Of a stretch of DNA of 64,000 bases, positions 1 through 14,089 are shown piece by piece. Within the stretch, counting starts at the first letter, position 1, and the number at the start of each line of letters is the position of its first letter. The notes beneath the pieces were generated by a model. That model had not been told where the DNA came from and searched no databases. It saw only the letters and a list, made by a program, of their open reading frames with translations. Location: NCBI GenBank assembly GCA_964016885.1, contig OZ024742.1, forward strand, positions 1,116,001-1,180,000, read 5' to 3'. This stretch comes from Eledone cirrhosa (lineage: Eukaryota). A program made the position numbers and the translations under genes.

Positions 1-3000
1 ATCAACATTACTGTAGGGCTAGAGATAAAACTAGGTTCATATCAACATTAATGGAGAGCTAGATATAAAACTAGGCTCACAACAACATTACTGTACAACT
101 AGAGATAAAACTAGGCTCACAACATTACAGTACAGCTAGAGATAAAACTAGGCTCAGATTCACGTTACTGTACAGCTAGAGATAAAACTAGGCTCACAAC
201 AACATTACTGTACAACCAGAGATAATACTAGGCACACATCAACATTACTGTAGGGCTAGAGATAAAACTAGGCTCACATCAACATTACTGTACAGCGATA
301 GATAAAACTAGGCTCACAACAACATTACTGTAGAGCTAGAGATAAAACTAGGCTCACATCAACATTACTGTAGAGCTAGAGATAAAACTAGGCTCACATC
401 AACATTACTGTATAGCTAGAGATAAAACAAGGCTCACATCAAATTTACTGTATAGCTAGAGATAAAACTAGGCTCACAACAACATTCCTGTAGAACTAGA
501 GATAAAACTAGGCTCACATCAACATTACTGTAGAGCTAGAGATAAAACTAGGCTCACATCAACATTACTGTATAGCTAGAGATAAAACAAGGCTCACATC
601 AACATTACTGTATAGCTAGAGATAAAACTAGGCTCACAACAACATTCCTGTAGAAATAGAGATAAAACTATGCTCACATCAACATTACTGTAGAGCTAGT
701 GATAAAACTAGGCTCACATCAACATTACTGTATAGCTATAGATAAAACGAGGCTCACAACAACGTTACTGTAGAGCTAGAGATAAAACTAGGCTCACAAC
801 AACATTACTGAAGAGCTAGAGATACAACTAGGATCACATCAACATTACTGTAGAGCTAGAGATAAATCTAGGCTCACAACAACATTACTGTAAAGCTAGA
901 GATAAAACTAGGCTCACATCAACATTACTGTAGAGCTAGAGATAAAACTAGGCTCACATCAACATTACTGTATAGCTATAGATAAAACTAGGCTCACAAC
1001 AACATTACTGTACAACTAAAGATAAAACTAGAATCACAACAACATTATTGAAGAGCTAGAGATAAAACTAGGCTCACATCAACATTACTGTAGAGCTAGA
1101 GAGAAATCTAGGCTCACAACAACATTACTGTAAATCTAGAGATAAAACTAGGCTCATATCAACATTACTGTAGAGCTAGAGATAAAACTAGGCTCACATC
1201 AACATTACTGTACAGCGATAGATAAAACTAGGCTCACAACAACATTACTGTAGAGCTAGAGATAAAACTAGGCTCACATCAACATTACTGTAGAGCTAGA
1301 GATAAAATTAGGCTCACATCAACCTTACTGTAGAGCTAGACATAAAACTAGGCTCACATCAACATTACTGTAGAGATAAAACTAGGCTCACATCAACATT
1401 ACTGTAGAGCTAGAGATAAAACTAGGCTCACAACAACATTACTGTACAGTCAGAGATAAAACTAGGCTCACATCAACATTACTGTAGAGCTAGAGATAAA
1501 ACTAAGCTCACAACATTACTGTACAGCTATAGATAAAAGTAGGCTCACATAAACATTACTGTAAAGCTAGAGATGAAACTAGGCTCACATCAACATTACT
1601 GTACAGCTAGAAATAAAACTAGGCTCACATCAACATTACTGTAGAGCTAGAGATATAACTAGGCTCACATCAACATTACTGTAGAGCTAGAGATAAAACT
1701 AGGCTCACAGCATTACTGTAAAGGTAGAGATAAAACTAGGCTCACATTCACATTACTGTACAGCTAGAGATGAACTAGGCTCACAACAACATTACTGTAC
1801 AGCCAGAGATAAAACTAGGCTCACATCAACATTACTGTATAGCTAGAGATAAAACTAGGGTCACAACAACATTACGGTACAACTAGAGATAAAACTAGTT
1901 TCACATCAACATTAATATAGAGCTATAGATAAAGCTAGGCTCACAACAACATTACTGTACAACTAGAGATAAAACTAGGCTCACAACAACATTACTGTAG
2001 AGCTAGAGATAAAACTAGGCTCACATGAACATCACTGTAGAGCCGGAGATAAAACAAGGCTCACAACAACATTACGGTACAACTAGAGATAAAACTAGGC
2101 TCACATTAACATTACTGTACAGCTAGAGATAAAACAAGGCTCACATCAACATTACTGTACCGCTAGAGATAAAAGTAGGCTCATATAAACATTACTGTAC
2201 AGCTAGAGATACAACTAGGCTCACGTCAACATTACTGTACCGCTAGAGATAAAACTAGGCTCACATCAACATTACTGTACCGCTAGAGATAAAACTAGGC
2301 TCACATCAACATTACTGTACAGCTAGAGATAAAACAAGGCTCACATCAACATTACTGTACAGCTAGAGATAAAAGTAGGCTCATATAAACATTACTGTAC
2401 AGCTAGAGATACAACTAGGCTCACGTCAACATTACTGTACCGCTAGAGATAAAACTAGGCTCACATCAACATTACTGTACCGCTAGAGATAAAACTAGGC
2501 TCACATCAACATTACTGTACCGCTAGAGATAAAACTAGGCTCACATCAACATTACTGTACAGCTAGAGATAAAACTAGGCTCACATCAACATTACTGTAC
2601 AGCTAGAGACAAAACTAGGCTCACAACAACATTACTGTACAACTAAAGATAAAACTAGGCTCACATCATCATTACTGTACAGCTAGAGATAAAACTAGGT
2701 TCACATCAACATTACTGTAGAGCTAGAGATAAAACTAGGCTCACATCAACATTACTGTATAGCTAGAGATAAAACTAGGCTCACAACGACATTCCTGTAG
2801 AGCTAGAGATAAAACTAGGCTCACATCAACATTACTGTAGAGCTAGAGATAAAACTAGGCTCACATCAACATTACTGTATAGCTATAGATAAAACTAGGC
2901 TCACAACAACATTACTGTACAAATAGAGATAAAACTAGAATCACAACAACATTATTGAAGAGCTAGAGATAAAACTAGGCTCACATCAACATTGCTGTAG

Positions 3001-4940
3001 AGCTAGAGATAAATCTAGGCTCACAACAACATTACGGTACAACTAGAGATAAAACTAGGCTCACATCAACATTACTATAGAGCTAGAGATAAAACAAGGC
3101 TCACATGAACATCACTGTAGAGCTGGAGATAAAACTAGGCTCACAACAACATTACTGTAGAGCTAGAGATAAACCTAGGCTCACATCAACATTAATATAG
3201 AGCTATAGATAAAGCTAGGCTCACAACAACATTACTGTACAACTAGAGATAAAACTAGGCTCACAACAACATTACTGTAGAGCTAGAGATAAAACTAGGC
3301 TCACATGAACATCACTGTAGAGCCAGAGATAAAACATGGCTCACAACAACATTACTGTACAGCTATAGATAAAACTAGGCTCACATCAACATTACTGTAC
3401 AGCTAGAGATAAAACTAGGCTCACATCAACATTACTGTACAACTAGAGACAAAACCATGCTCACCTCATCATTACTGTACAGCTAGAGATAAAACTAGGT
3501 TCACATCAACATTACTGTAGGGCTAGAGATAAAGCTAGGTTCATATCAACATTAATGGAGAGCTAGATATAAAACTAGGCTCACAACAACATTACTGTAC
3601 AACTAGAGATAAAACTAGGCTCACAACATTACAGTACAGCTAGAGATAAAACTAGGCTCAGATTCACGTTACTGTACAGCTAGAGATAAAACTAGGCTCA
3701 CAACAACATTACTGTACAACCAGAGATAATACTAGGCACACATCAACATTACTGTAGGGCTAGAGATAAAACTAGGCTCACATCAACATTACTGTACAGC
3801 GATAGATAAAACTAGGCTCACAACAACATTACTGTAGAGCTAGAGATAAAACTAGGCTCACATCAACATTACTGTAGAGCTAGAGATAAAACTAGGCTCA
3901 CATCAACATTACTGTATAGCTAGAGATAAAACTAGGCTCACAACAACATTCCTGTACAACTAGAGATAAAACTAGAATCACAACAACATTATTGAAGAGC
4001 TAGAGATAAAACTAGGCTCACATCAACATTACTGTAGAGCTAGAGAGAAATCTAGGCTCACAACAACATTACTGTAAAGCTAGAGATAAAAGTAGGATCA
4101 CATCAACATTACTGTAGAGCTAGAGATAAAACTAGGCTCACATCAACATTACTGAAGAGCTATAGATAAAACTAGGCTAACATCAACATTACTGTATAAC
4201 TAGAGATAAAACTAGGTTCACATCAACATTACTGTAGAGCTAGAGATAAAACTAGGCTCACATCAATCTTACTGTAGAGCTAGACATAAAACTAGGCTCA
4301 CATCAACATTACTGTAGAGCTAGAGATAAAACTAAGCTCACAACATTACTGTACAGCTATAGATAAAAGTAGGCTCACATCAACATTACTGTAAAGCTAG
4401 AGATGAAACTAGGCTCACATCAACATTACTGTACAGCTAGAGATAAAACTAGGCTCACATCAACATTACTGTAGAGCTAGAGATATAACTAGGCTCACAT
4501 CAACATTACTGTAGAGCTAGAGATAAAACTAGGCTCACAGCATTACTGTAAAGGTAGAGATAAAACTAGGCTCACATTCACATTACTGTACAGCTAGAGA
4601 TGAACTAGGCTCACAACAACATTACTGTACAGCCAGAGATAAAACTAGGCTCATATCAACATTACTGTATAGCTAGAGATAAAACTAGGGTCAAAACAAC
4701 ATTACGGTACAACTAGAGATAAAACTAGTTTCACATCAACATTAATATAGAGCTATAGATAAAGCTAGGCTCACAACAACATTACTGTACAACTAGAGAT
4801 AAAACTAGGCTCACAACAACATTACTGTAGAGCTAGAGATAAAACTAGGCTCACATGAACATTACTGTAGAGCCGGAGATAAAACAAGGCTCACAACAAC
4901 ATTACGGTACAACTAGAGATAAAACTAGGCTCACATTAAC
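1..4940. repeat. Imperfect multi-monomer block duplication (offset 3504 bp at the start, 2830 bp later)
   Basis: ATGGAGAG marker at 51 and 3555, each followed by the same ordered variants (ACAGTACAGC, CAGATTCACGTT, GATAATACTAGGCAC, GCGATAG). The CATTACTGTAAAGGTAG cassette lies at 1711 and 4541. Confidence 0.8.
2100..2520. repeat. 200-bp (5-monomer) local tandem duplication
   Basis: AAAAGTAGGCTCATATAAAC at 2171 and 2371; TCACGTCAAC at 2221 and 2421. Confidence 0.85.
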
Positions 4941-7900
4941 ATTACTGTATAGCTAGAGATAAAACTAGGCTCACATCAACATTACTGTAGAGCTAGAGAT
5001 AAAACTAGGCTCACATCAACATTGCTGTAGAGCTAGACATAAAACTAGGCTCATATCAACATTACTGTAGAGCTAGAGATAAAACTAGGCTCACATCAAC
5101 ATTACTGTACAGCTAGAGATAAAACTAGGCTCACAACATTACTGTACAGCTAGAGATAAAACAAGGCTCACATCAACATTACTGTACAGCTAGAGATAAA
5201 ACTAGGCTCATATAAACATTACTGTACCGCTAGAGATAAAACTAGGCTCACATCAACATTACTGTACCGCTAGAGATAAAACTAGGCTCACATCAACATT
5301 ACTGTACCGCTAGAGATAAAACTAGGCTCACATTACTGTACAGCTAGAGACAAAACTAGGCTCACAACAACATTACTGTAAGACTAAAGATAAAACTAGG
5401 CTCACAACGACATTCCTGTAGAGCTAGAGATAAAACTAGGCTCACATCAACATTACTGTAGAGCTAGAGATAAAACTAGGCTCACATCAACATTACTGTA
5501 TAGCTATAGATAAAACTAGGCTCACAACAACATTACTGTACAACTAGAGATAAAACTAGAATCACAACAACATTATTGAAGAGCTAGAGATAAAACTAGG
5601 CTCACATCAAAATTGCTGTAGAGCTAGAGATAAATCTAGGCTCACAACAACATTACTGTAAAGCTAGAGATAAAACTAGGCTCACATCAACATTACTGTA
5701 GACCTAGAGATAAAACTAGGGTCACAACAAAATTACTGTAGAGCTAGAGATAAAACAAGACTCACATCAACATTACTGTAGAGCTAGAAATAAAACAAGA
5801 CTCACATCAACATTACTGTAGAGCTAGAGATAAAACTAGGCTCACATCAACATTACTGTAGAGCTAGAGATAAAACTAGGCTCACAACAACATTACTGTA
5901 CAGTCAGAGATAAAACTAGGCTCACATCAACATTACTGAAGGGCTAGAGATAAAACTAGGCTCACATGAATATCACTGTAGAGCCGGAGATAAAACAAGG
6001 CTTACAACAACATTACTGTACAGCCAGATATAAAACCAAGCTCACAACATTACTGTGCAGCTAGAGATAAAACTAGGTTCATATCAACATTAATGGAGAG
6101 CTAGATATAAAATTAGGTTCATATCAACATTACTGTACAGCTAGGGATAAAACTAGGCTCACATTGACATTACTGTACAGCTAGAGATAAAACTAGGCTC
6201 ACAACAACATTACTGTACAGCCAGAGATAAAACTAGGCTCACATCAACATTACTGTAGGGCTACAGAAAAAACTAGGCTCACATCAACATTACTGTACAG
6301 CTATAGATAAAACTAGGCTCACATCAACATTACTGTAGAACTAGAGATAAAACTAGGCTCACAACAACATTACTGTAGAGCTAGAGATAAAACTAGGCTC
6401 ACAACAACATTACTGTAGAGCTAGAGATAAAACTAGGCTCACATCAACGTTACTGTAGAGCTAGAGATAAAACTAGGCTCACATCAACATTACTGTAAAG
6501 CTAGAGATGAAACTAGGCTCACATCAACATTACTGTAGAGCTAGGGGTGAAACTAGGCTCACAACAACATTACGGTAGAGCTAGAGATAAAACTAAGCTC
6601 ACATCAACATTACTGTAGAGCTAGAGATGAAACTAGGCTCACATCAACATTACTGTAGAACTAGAGATAAAACTAAGCTCACATCAAAATTACTGTAGAG
6701 CTAGAGATGAAACTAGGCTCACATCAACATTACTGTGCAGCTAGAGATAAAACTAGGTTCATATCAACATTAATGGAGAGCTAGATATAAAACTAGGCTC
6801 ACAACAACATTACTGTACAACTAGAGATAAAACTAGGCTCACAACAACATTACTGTACAGCTAGAGATAAAACTAGGCTCACAACAACCTTACTGTACAG
6901 CCAGAGATAAAACTAGGCTCACATCAACATTACTGTCGGGCTAGAGATAAAACTAGGCTCACATCAATATTACTGTACAACGATAGATAAAACTAGGCTC
7001 ACAACATTACGGTAGAGCTAGAGATGAAACTAGGCTCACAACAACATTACTGTAGAGCTAGAGATAAAACAAGACTCACATCAACATTACTGTAGAGCTA
7101 GAGATAAAACAAGACTCACATCAACATTACTGTAGAGCTAGAGATAAAACTAGCCTCCATCAACATTACTGTAGAGCTAGAGATAAAACTAGGCTCACAT
7201 CAACATTACTGTAGAGCTAGAGATAAAACTAGGCTCACAACAACATTACTGTACAGTCAGAGATAAAACTAGGCTCACATCAACATTACTGTAGGGCTAC
7301 AGAAAAAACTAGGCTCACATCAACATTACTGTACAGCTATAGATAAAACTAGGCTCACATCAACATTACTGTAGAACTAGAGATAAAACTAGGCTCACAA
7401 CAACATTACTGTAGAGCTAGAGATAAAACTAGGCTCACAACAACATTACTGTAGAGCTAGAGATAAAACTAGGCTCACATCAACGTTACTGTAGAGCTAG
7501 AGATAAAACTAGGCTCACATCAACATTACTGTAAAGCTAGAGATGAAACTAGGCTCACATCAACATTACTGTAGAGCTAGGGGTGAAACTAGGCTCACAA
7601 CAACATTACGGTAGAGCTAGAGATAAAACTAAGCTCACATCAACATTACTGTAGAGCTAGAGATGAAACTAGGCTCACATCAACATTACTGTAGAACTAG
7701 AGATAAAACTAAGCTCACATCAAAATTACTGTAGAGCTAGAGATGAAACTAGGCTCACATCAACATTACTGTGCAGCTAGAGATAAAACTAGGTTCATAT
7801 CAACATTAATGGAGAGCTAGATATAAAACTAGGCTCACATCAACATTACTGTAGAGCTAGAGATAAAACAAGACTCACATCAACATTACTGTAGAGCTAG

Positions 7901-10900
7901 AGATAAAACTAGCCTCCATCAACATTACTGTAGAGCTAGAGATAAAACTAGGCTCACATCAACATTACTGTAGAGCTAGAGATAAAACTAGGCTCACAAC
8001 AACATTACTGTACAGCCAGAGATAAAACTAGGCTCACATCAACATTACTGTAGGGCTACAGAAAAAACTAGGCTCACATCAACATTACTGTACAGCTATA
8101 GATAAAACTAGGCTCACATCAACATTACTGTAGAACTAGAGATAAAACTAGGCTCACAACAACATTACTGTAGAGCTAGAGATAAAACTAGGCTCACAAC
8201 AACATTACTGTAGAGCTAGAGATAAAACTAGGCTCACATCAACGTTACTGTAGAGCTAGAGATAAAACTAGGCTCACATCAACATTACTGTAAAGCTAGA
8301 GATGAAACTAGGCTCACATCAACATTACTGTAGAGCTAGGGGTGAAACTAGGCTCACAACAACATTACGGTAGAGCTAGAGATAAAACTAAGCTCACATC
8401 AACATTACTGTAGAGCTAGAGATGAAACTAGGCTCACATCAACATTACTGTAGAACTAGAGATTAAACTAAGCTCACATCAAAATTACTGTAGAGCTAGA
8501 GATGAAACTAGGCTCACATCAACATTACTGTGCAGCTAGAGATAAAACTAGGTTCATATCAACATTAATGGAGAGCTAGATATAAAACTAGGCTCACAAC
8601 AACATTACTGTACAACTAGAGATAAAACTAGGCTCACAACAACATTACTGTACAGCTAGAGATAAAACTAGGCTCACAACAACCTTACTGTACAGCCAGA
8701 GATAAAACTAGGCTCACATCAACATTACTGTCGGGCTAGAGATAAAACTAGGCTCACATCAATATTACTGTACAACGATAGATAAAACTAGGCTCACAAC
8801 ATTACGGTAGAGCTAGAGATGAAACTAGGCTCACAACAACATTACTGTAGAGCTAGAGATAAAACAAGACTCACATCAACATTACTGTAGAGCTAGAGAT
8901 AAAACAAGACTCACATCAACATTACTGTAGAGCTAGAGATAAAACTAGCCTCCATCAACATTACTGTAGAGCTAGAGATAAAACTAGGCTCACATCAACA
9001 TTACTGTAGAGCTAGAGATAAAACTAGGCTCACAACAACATTACTGTACAGTCAGAGATAAAACTAGGCTCACATCAACATTACTGAAGGGCTAGAGATA
9101 AAACTAGGCTCACATGAATATCACTGTAGAGCCGGAGATAAAACAAGGCTTACAACAACATTACTGTACAGCCAGAGATAAAACCAAGCTCACAACATTA
9201 CTGTGCAGCTAGAGATAAAACTAGGTTCATATCAACATTAATGGAGAGCTAGATATAAAATTAGGTTCATATCAACATTACTGTACAGCTAGGGATAAAA
9301 CTAGGCTCACATTCACATTACTGTACACCTAGAGATAAAACTAGGCTCACAACAACATTACTGTACAGCCAGAGATAAAACTAGGCTCACATCAACATTA
9401 CTGTAGGGCTACAGATAAAACTAGGCTCACATCAACATTACTGTACAGCTATAGATAAAACTAGGCTCACATCAACATTACTGTAGAGCTAGAGATAAAA
9501 CTAGGCTCACAACAACATTACTGTAGAGCTAGAGATAAAACTAGGCTCACATCAACGTTACTGTAGAGCTAGAGATAAAACTAGGCTCACATCAACATTA
9601 CTGTAAAGCTAGAGATGAAACTAGGCTCACATCAACATTACTGTAGAGCTAGGGGTGAAACTAGGCTCACAACAACATTACGGTAGAGCTAGAGATAAAA
9701 CTAAGCTCACATCAACATTACTGTAGAGCTAGAGATGAAACTAGGCTCACATCAACATTACTGTAGAACTAGAGATAAAACTAAGCTCACATCAACATTA
9801 CTGTGCAGCTAGAGATAAAACTAGGTTCATATCAACATTAATGGAGAGCTAGATATAAAACTAGGCTCACAACAACATTACTGTACAACTAGAGATAAAA
9901 CTAGGCCCACAACAACATTACTGTACAGCTAGAGATAAAACTAGGCTCACAACAACATTACTGTACAGCCAGAGATAAAACTAGGCTCACATCAACATTA
10001 CTGTCGGGCTAGAGAAAAAACTAGGCTCACATCAACATTACTGTACAACCATAGATAAAACTAGGCTCACAACATTACGGTACAACTAGAGATAAAACTA
10101 GTTTCACATAAACATTAATATAGAGCTATAGATAAAGCTAGGCTCACAACAACATTACTGTACAACTAGAGATAAAATTAGGCTCACAACAACATTACTG
10201 TAGAGCTAGAGATAAAACTAGGCTCACATGAACATCACTGTAGAGCCGGAGATAAAACAAGGCTCACAACAACATTACGGTACAACTAGAGATAAAACTA
10301 GGCTCACGTTAACATTACTGTACAGCTAGAGATAAAACTAGGCTCACATCAACATTACTGTAGAGCTAGAGATAAAACTAGGCTCACATCAACATTGCTG
10401 TAGAGCTAGACATAAAACTAGGCTCATATCAACATTACTGTAGAGCTAGAGATAAAACTAGGCTCACATCAACATTACTGTACAGCTAGAGATAAAACTA
10501 GGCTCACAACATTACTGTACAGCTAGAGATAAAACAAGGCTCACATCAACATTACTGTACAGCTAGAGATAAAACTAGGCTCATATAAACATTACTGTAC
10601 CGCTAGAGATAAAACTAGGCTCACATCAACATTACTGTACCGCTAGAGATAAAACTAGGCTCACATCAACATTACTGTACCGCTAGAGATAAAACTAGGC
10701 TCACATTACTGTACAGCTAGAGACAAAACTAGGCTCACAACAACATTACTGTAAGACTAAAGATAAAACTAGGCTCACAACAACATTACTGTAAGACTAA
10801 AGATAAAACTAGGCTCACATCATCATTACTGTACAGCTAGAGATAAAACTAGGTTCACATCAACATTACTGTAGAGCTACAGATAAAACTAGGCTCACAT

Positions 10901-11400
10901 CAACATTACTGTATAGCTAGAGATAAAACTAGGCTCACAACGACATTCCTGTAGAGCTAGAGATAAAACTAGGCTCACATCAACATTACTGTAGAGCTAG
11001 AGATAAAACTAGGCTCACATCAACATAACTGTATAGCTATAGATAAAACTAGGCTCACAACAACATTACTGTACAACTAGAGATAAAACTAGAATCACAA
11101 CAACATTATTGAAGAGCTAGAGATAAAACTAGGCTCACATCAACATTGCTGTAGAGCTAGAGATAAATCTAGGCTCACAACAACATTACTGTAAAGCTAG
11201 AGATAAAACTAGGCTCACATCAACATTACTGTAGACCTAGAGATAAAACTAGGGTCACAACAAAATTACTGTAGAGCTAGAGATAAAACAAGACTCACAT
11301 CAACATTACTGTAGAGCTAGAGATAAAACAAGACTCACATCAACATTACTGTAGAGCTAGAGATAAAACTAGGCTCACATCAACATTACTGTAGAGCCAG
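4690..11400. repeat. Dispersed block duplication, about 4690-5800 vs about 10070-11400 (offset about 5373 bp)
   Basis: The 6-bp-deleted monomer TCACATTACTGTAC lies at 5328 and 10701, and AGACTAAAGA at 5381 and 10754. Both are preceded by the same triple CCGCTAG run. Confidence 0.8.
6200..10080. repeat. Four nested copies of a 0.6-1.3 kb block (steps of 1036, 759 and 1313 bp)
   Basis: CTAGGGGTGAAA at 6541, 7577, 8336 and 9649. TAGCCTCCAT at 7151, 7910 and 8946. TCGGGCTAG at 6936 and 8731 (offset 1795 = 1036 + 759). Confidence 0.88.
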
Positions 11401-14089
11401 AGATAAAACTAGGCTCACATCAACATTACTGTAGAGCTAGAGATAAAACTAGGCTCACAACAACATTACTGTACAGCCAGAGATAAAACTAGGCTCACAT
11501 CAACATTACTGTCGGGCTAGAGAAAAAACTAGGCTCACATCAACATTACTGTACAACGATAGATAAAACTAGGCTCACAACATTACGGTAGAGCTAGAGA
11601 TGAAACTAGGCTCACAACAACATTACTGTAGAGCTAGAGATAAAACTAGGCTCACAACAACATTACTGTACTGTCAGAGATAAAACTAGGCTCACATGAA
11701 TATCACTGTAGTGCCGGAGATAAAACAAGGCTCACAACAACATTACTGTACAGCCAGAAATAAAACTAAGCTCACAACATTACTGTACAGCTATAGATAA
11801 AAGTAGGCTCACATCAACATTACTGTAAAGCTAGAGATGAAACTAGGCTCACATCAACATTACTGTACAGCTAGAGATAAAACTAGGCTCACATCAACAT
11901 TACTGTAGAGCTAGAGATATAACTAGGTTCACATCAACATTACTGTAGAGCTAGAGATAAAACTAGGCTCACAGCATTACTGTAAAGGTAGAGAGAAAAC
12001 TAGGCTCACATTCACATTACTGTACAGCTAGAGATAAAACTAGGGTCACAACAACATTACTGTACAACTAGAGATAAAACTAGGCTCACAACAACATTAC
12101 TGTAGAGCTAGAGATAAAACTAGGCTCACATGAACATCATTGTAGAGCCGGATATAAAACAAGGCTCACAACAACATTACGGTACAACTAGAGATAAAAC
12201 TAGGCTCACATCAACATTAATATAGAGCTATAGATAAAGCTAGGCTCACAACAACATTACTGTACAACTAGAGATAAAACTAGGCTCACAACAACATTAC
12301 TATAGAGCTAGAGATAAAACTAGGCTCACATGAACATCACTGTAGAGCCGGAGATAAAACAAGGCTCAAAACAACATTACTGTACAGCTATAGATAAAAC
12401 TAGGCTCACATCAACATTACTGTACAGCTAGAGATAAAACTAGGCTCACATCAACATTACTGTAGAGCTAGAGGTAAAACTAGGTTCACAACAACATTAC
12501 TGTAGAGCTAGACATAAAACTAGGCTCATATCAACATTACTGTAGAGCTAGAGATAAAACTAGGCTCACATCAACATTACCGTACAGCTAGAGATAAAAC
12601 TAGGCTCACATCAACATTACTGTAGGGCTAGAGATAAAACTAGGCTCACATCAACATTACTGTACAGCGATAGATAAAACTAGGCTCACAACAACATTAC
12701 TGTAGAGCTAGAGATAAAACTAGGCTCACATCAACATTACTGTAGAGCAAGAGATAAAACTAGGCTCACAACAACATTACTGTAGAGCTAGAGATAAAAC
12801 TAGGCTCACATCAACATTACTGTAGAGCTAGACATAAAGCTAGGCTCACATCAACATTACTGTAGAGCTAGAGATAAAACTAGGCTCACATGAACATTGC
12901 TGTAGAGCTAGAGATAAAACTAGGCTCCCATCAACATTACTGTACAGCTAGAGATAAAACAAAACTCACATCAACATTACTGTAGAGCTATAGATAAAAC
13001 TAGGCTCACATCAACATTACTATAGAGATAGAGATAAAACTAGGCTCACATCAACATTACTGTAGAGCTCGAGATAAGACTAGGCTCACAACAACATTAC
13101 TGTACAGTCAGAGATAAAACTAGGCTCACATCAACATTACTGAAGGGCTAGAGATAAAACTAGGCTCACATCAATATTACTGTAGAGCTAGTGATAAAAC
13201 TAGGCTCACATCAACATTACTGTATAGCTATAGATAAAATTAGGCTCACAACAACGTTACTTTAGAGCTAGAGATAAAGCTAGGCTCACAACAACATTAC
13301 TGAAGAGCTAGAGATACAACTAGGCTCACATCAACATTACTGTAGAGCTAGAGATAAATCTAGGCTCACAACAACATTACTGTAAAGCTAGAGATAAAAC
13401 TAGGCTCACATCAACATTACTGTAGAGCTAGAGATAAAACTCGGCTCACATCAACGTTGCTGTAGAGCTAGAGATAAAACTAGGCTCACATCAACATTAC
13501 TGTATAGCTAGAGATAAAACTAGGCTCACATCAACATTACTGTAGAGCTAGAGATAAAACTAGGCTCACATCAACATTACTGTAGAGGTAGACATAAAAC
13601 TAGGCTCACATCAACATTACTGTAGAGCTAGAGATAAAACTAGGCTCCCATCAACATTACTGTACAGCTAGAGATAAAACAAGATTCCCATCAACATTAC
13701 TGTAGAGCTAGAGATAAAACTAGGCTCACATCAACATTACTATACAGATAGAGATAAAACTAGGCTCACATCAACATTACTGTAGAGCTAGAGATAAGAC
13801 TAGGCTCACAACAACATTACTGTACGGTCAGAGATAAAACTAGGCTCACATCAACATTACTGAAGGGCTAGAAATAAAACTAGGCTCACAACAACAACAT
13901 TACTGAATAGCTAGCGATAAAACTAGGCTCACATCAACATTACTGTAGAGCTAGAGATAAAACTAGGCTTACAACAACATTACTGTAGAGCTAGAGATAA
14001 AACTAGGCTCACATCAACATTACTGTAGAGCTAGAGATAAAATAGGCTCACAACAACATTACTGTTGAGCTAGAGATAAAACTAGGCTC

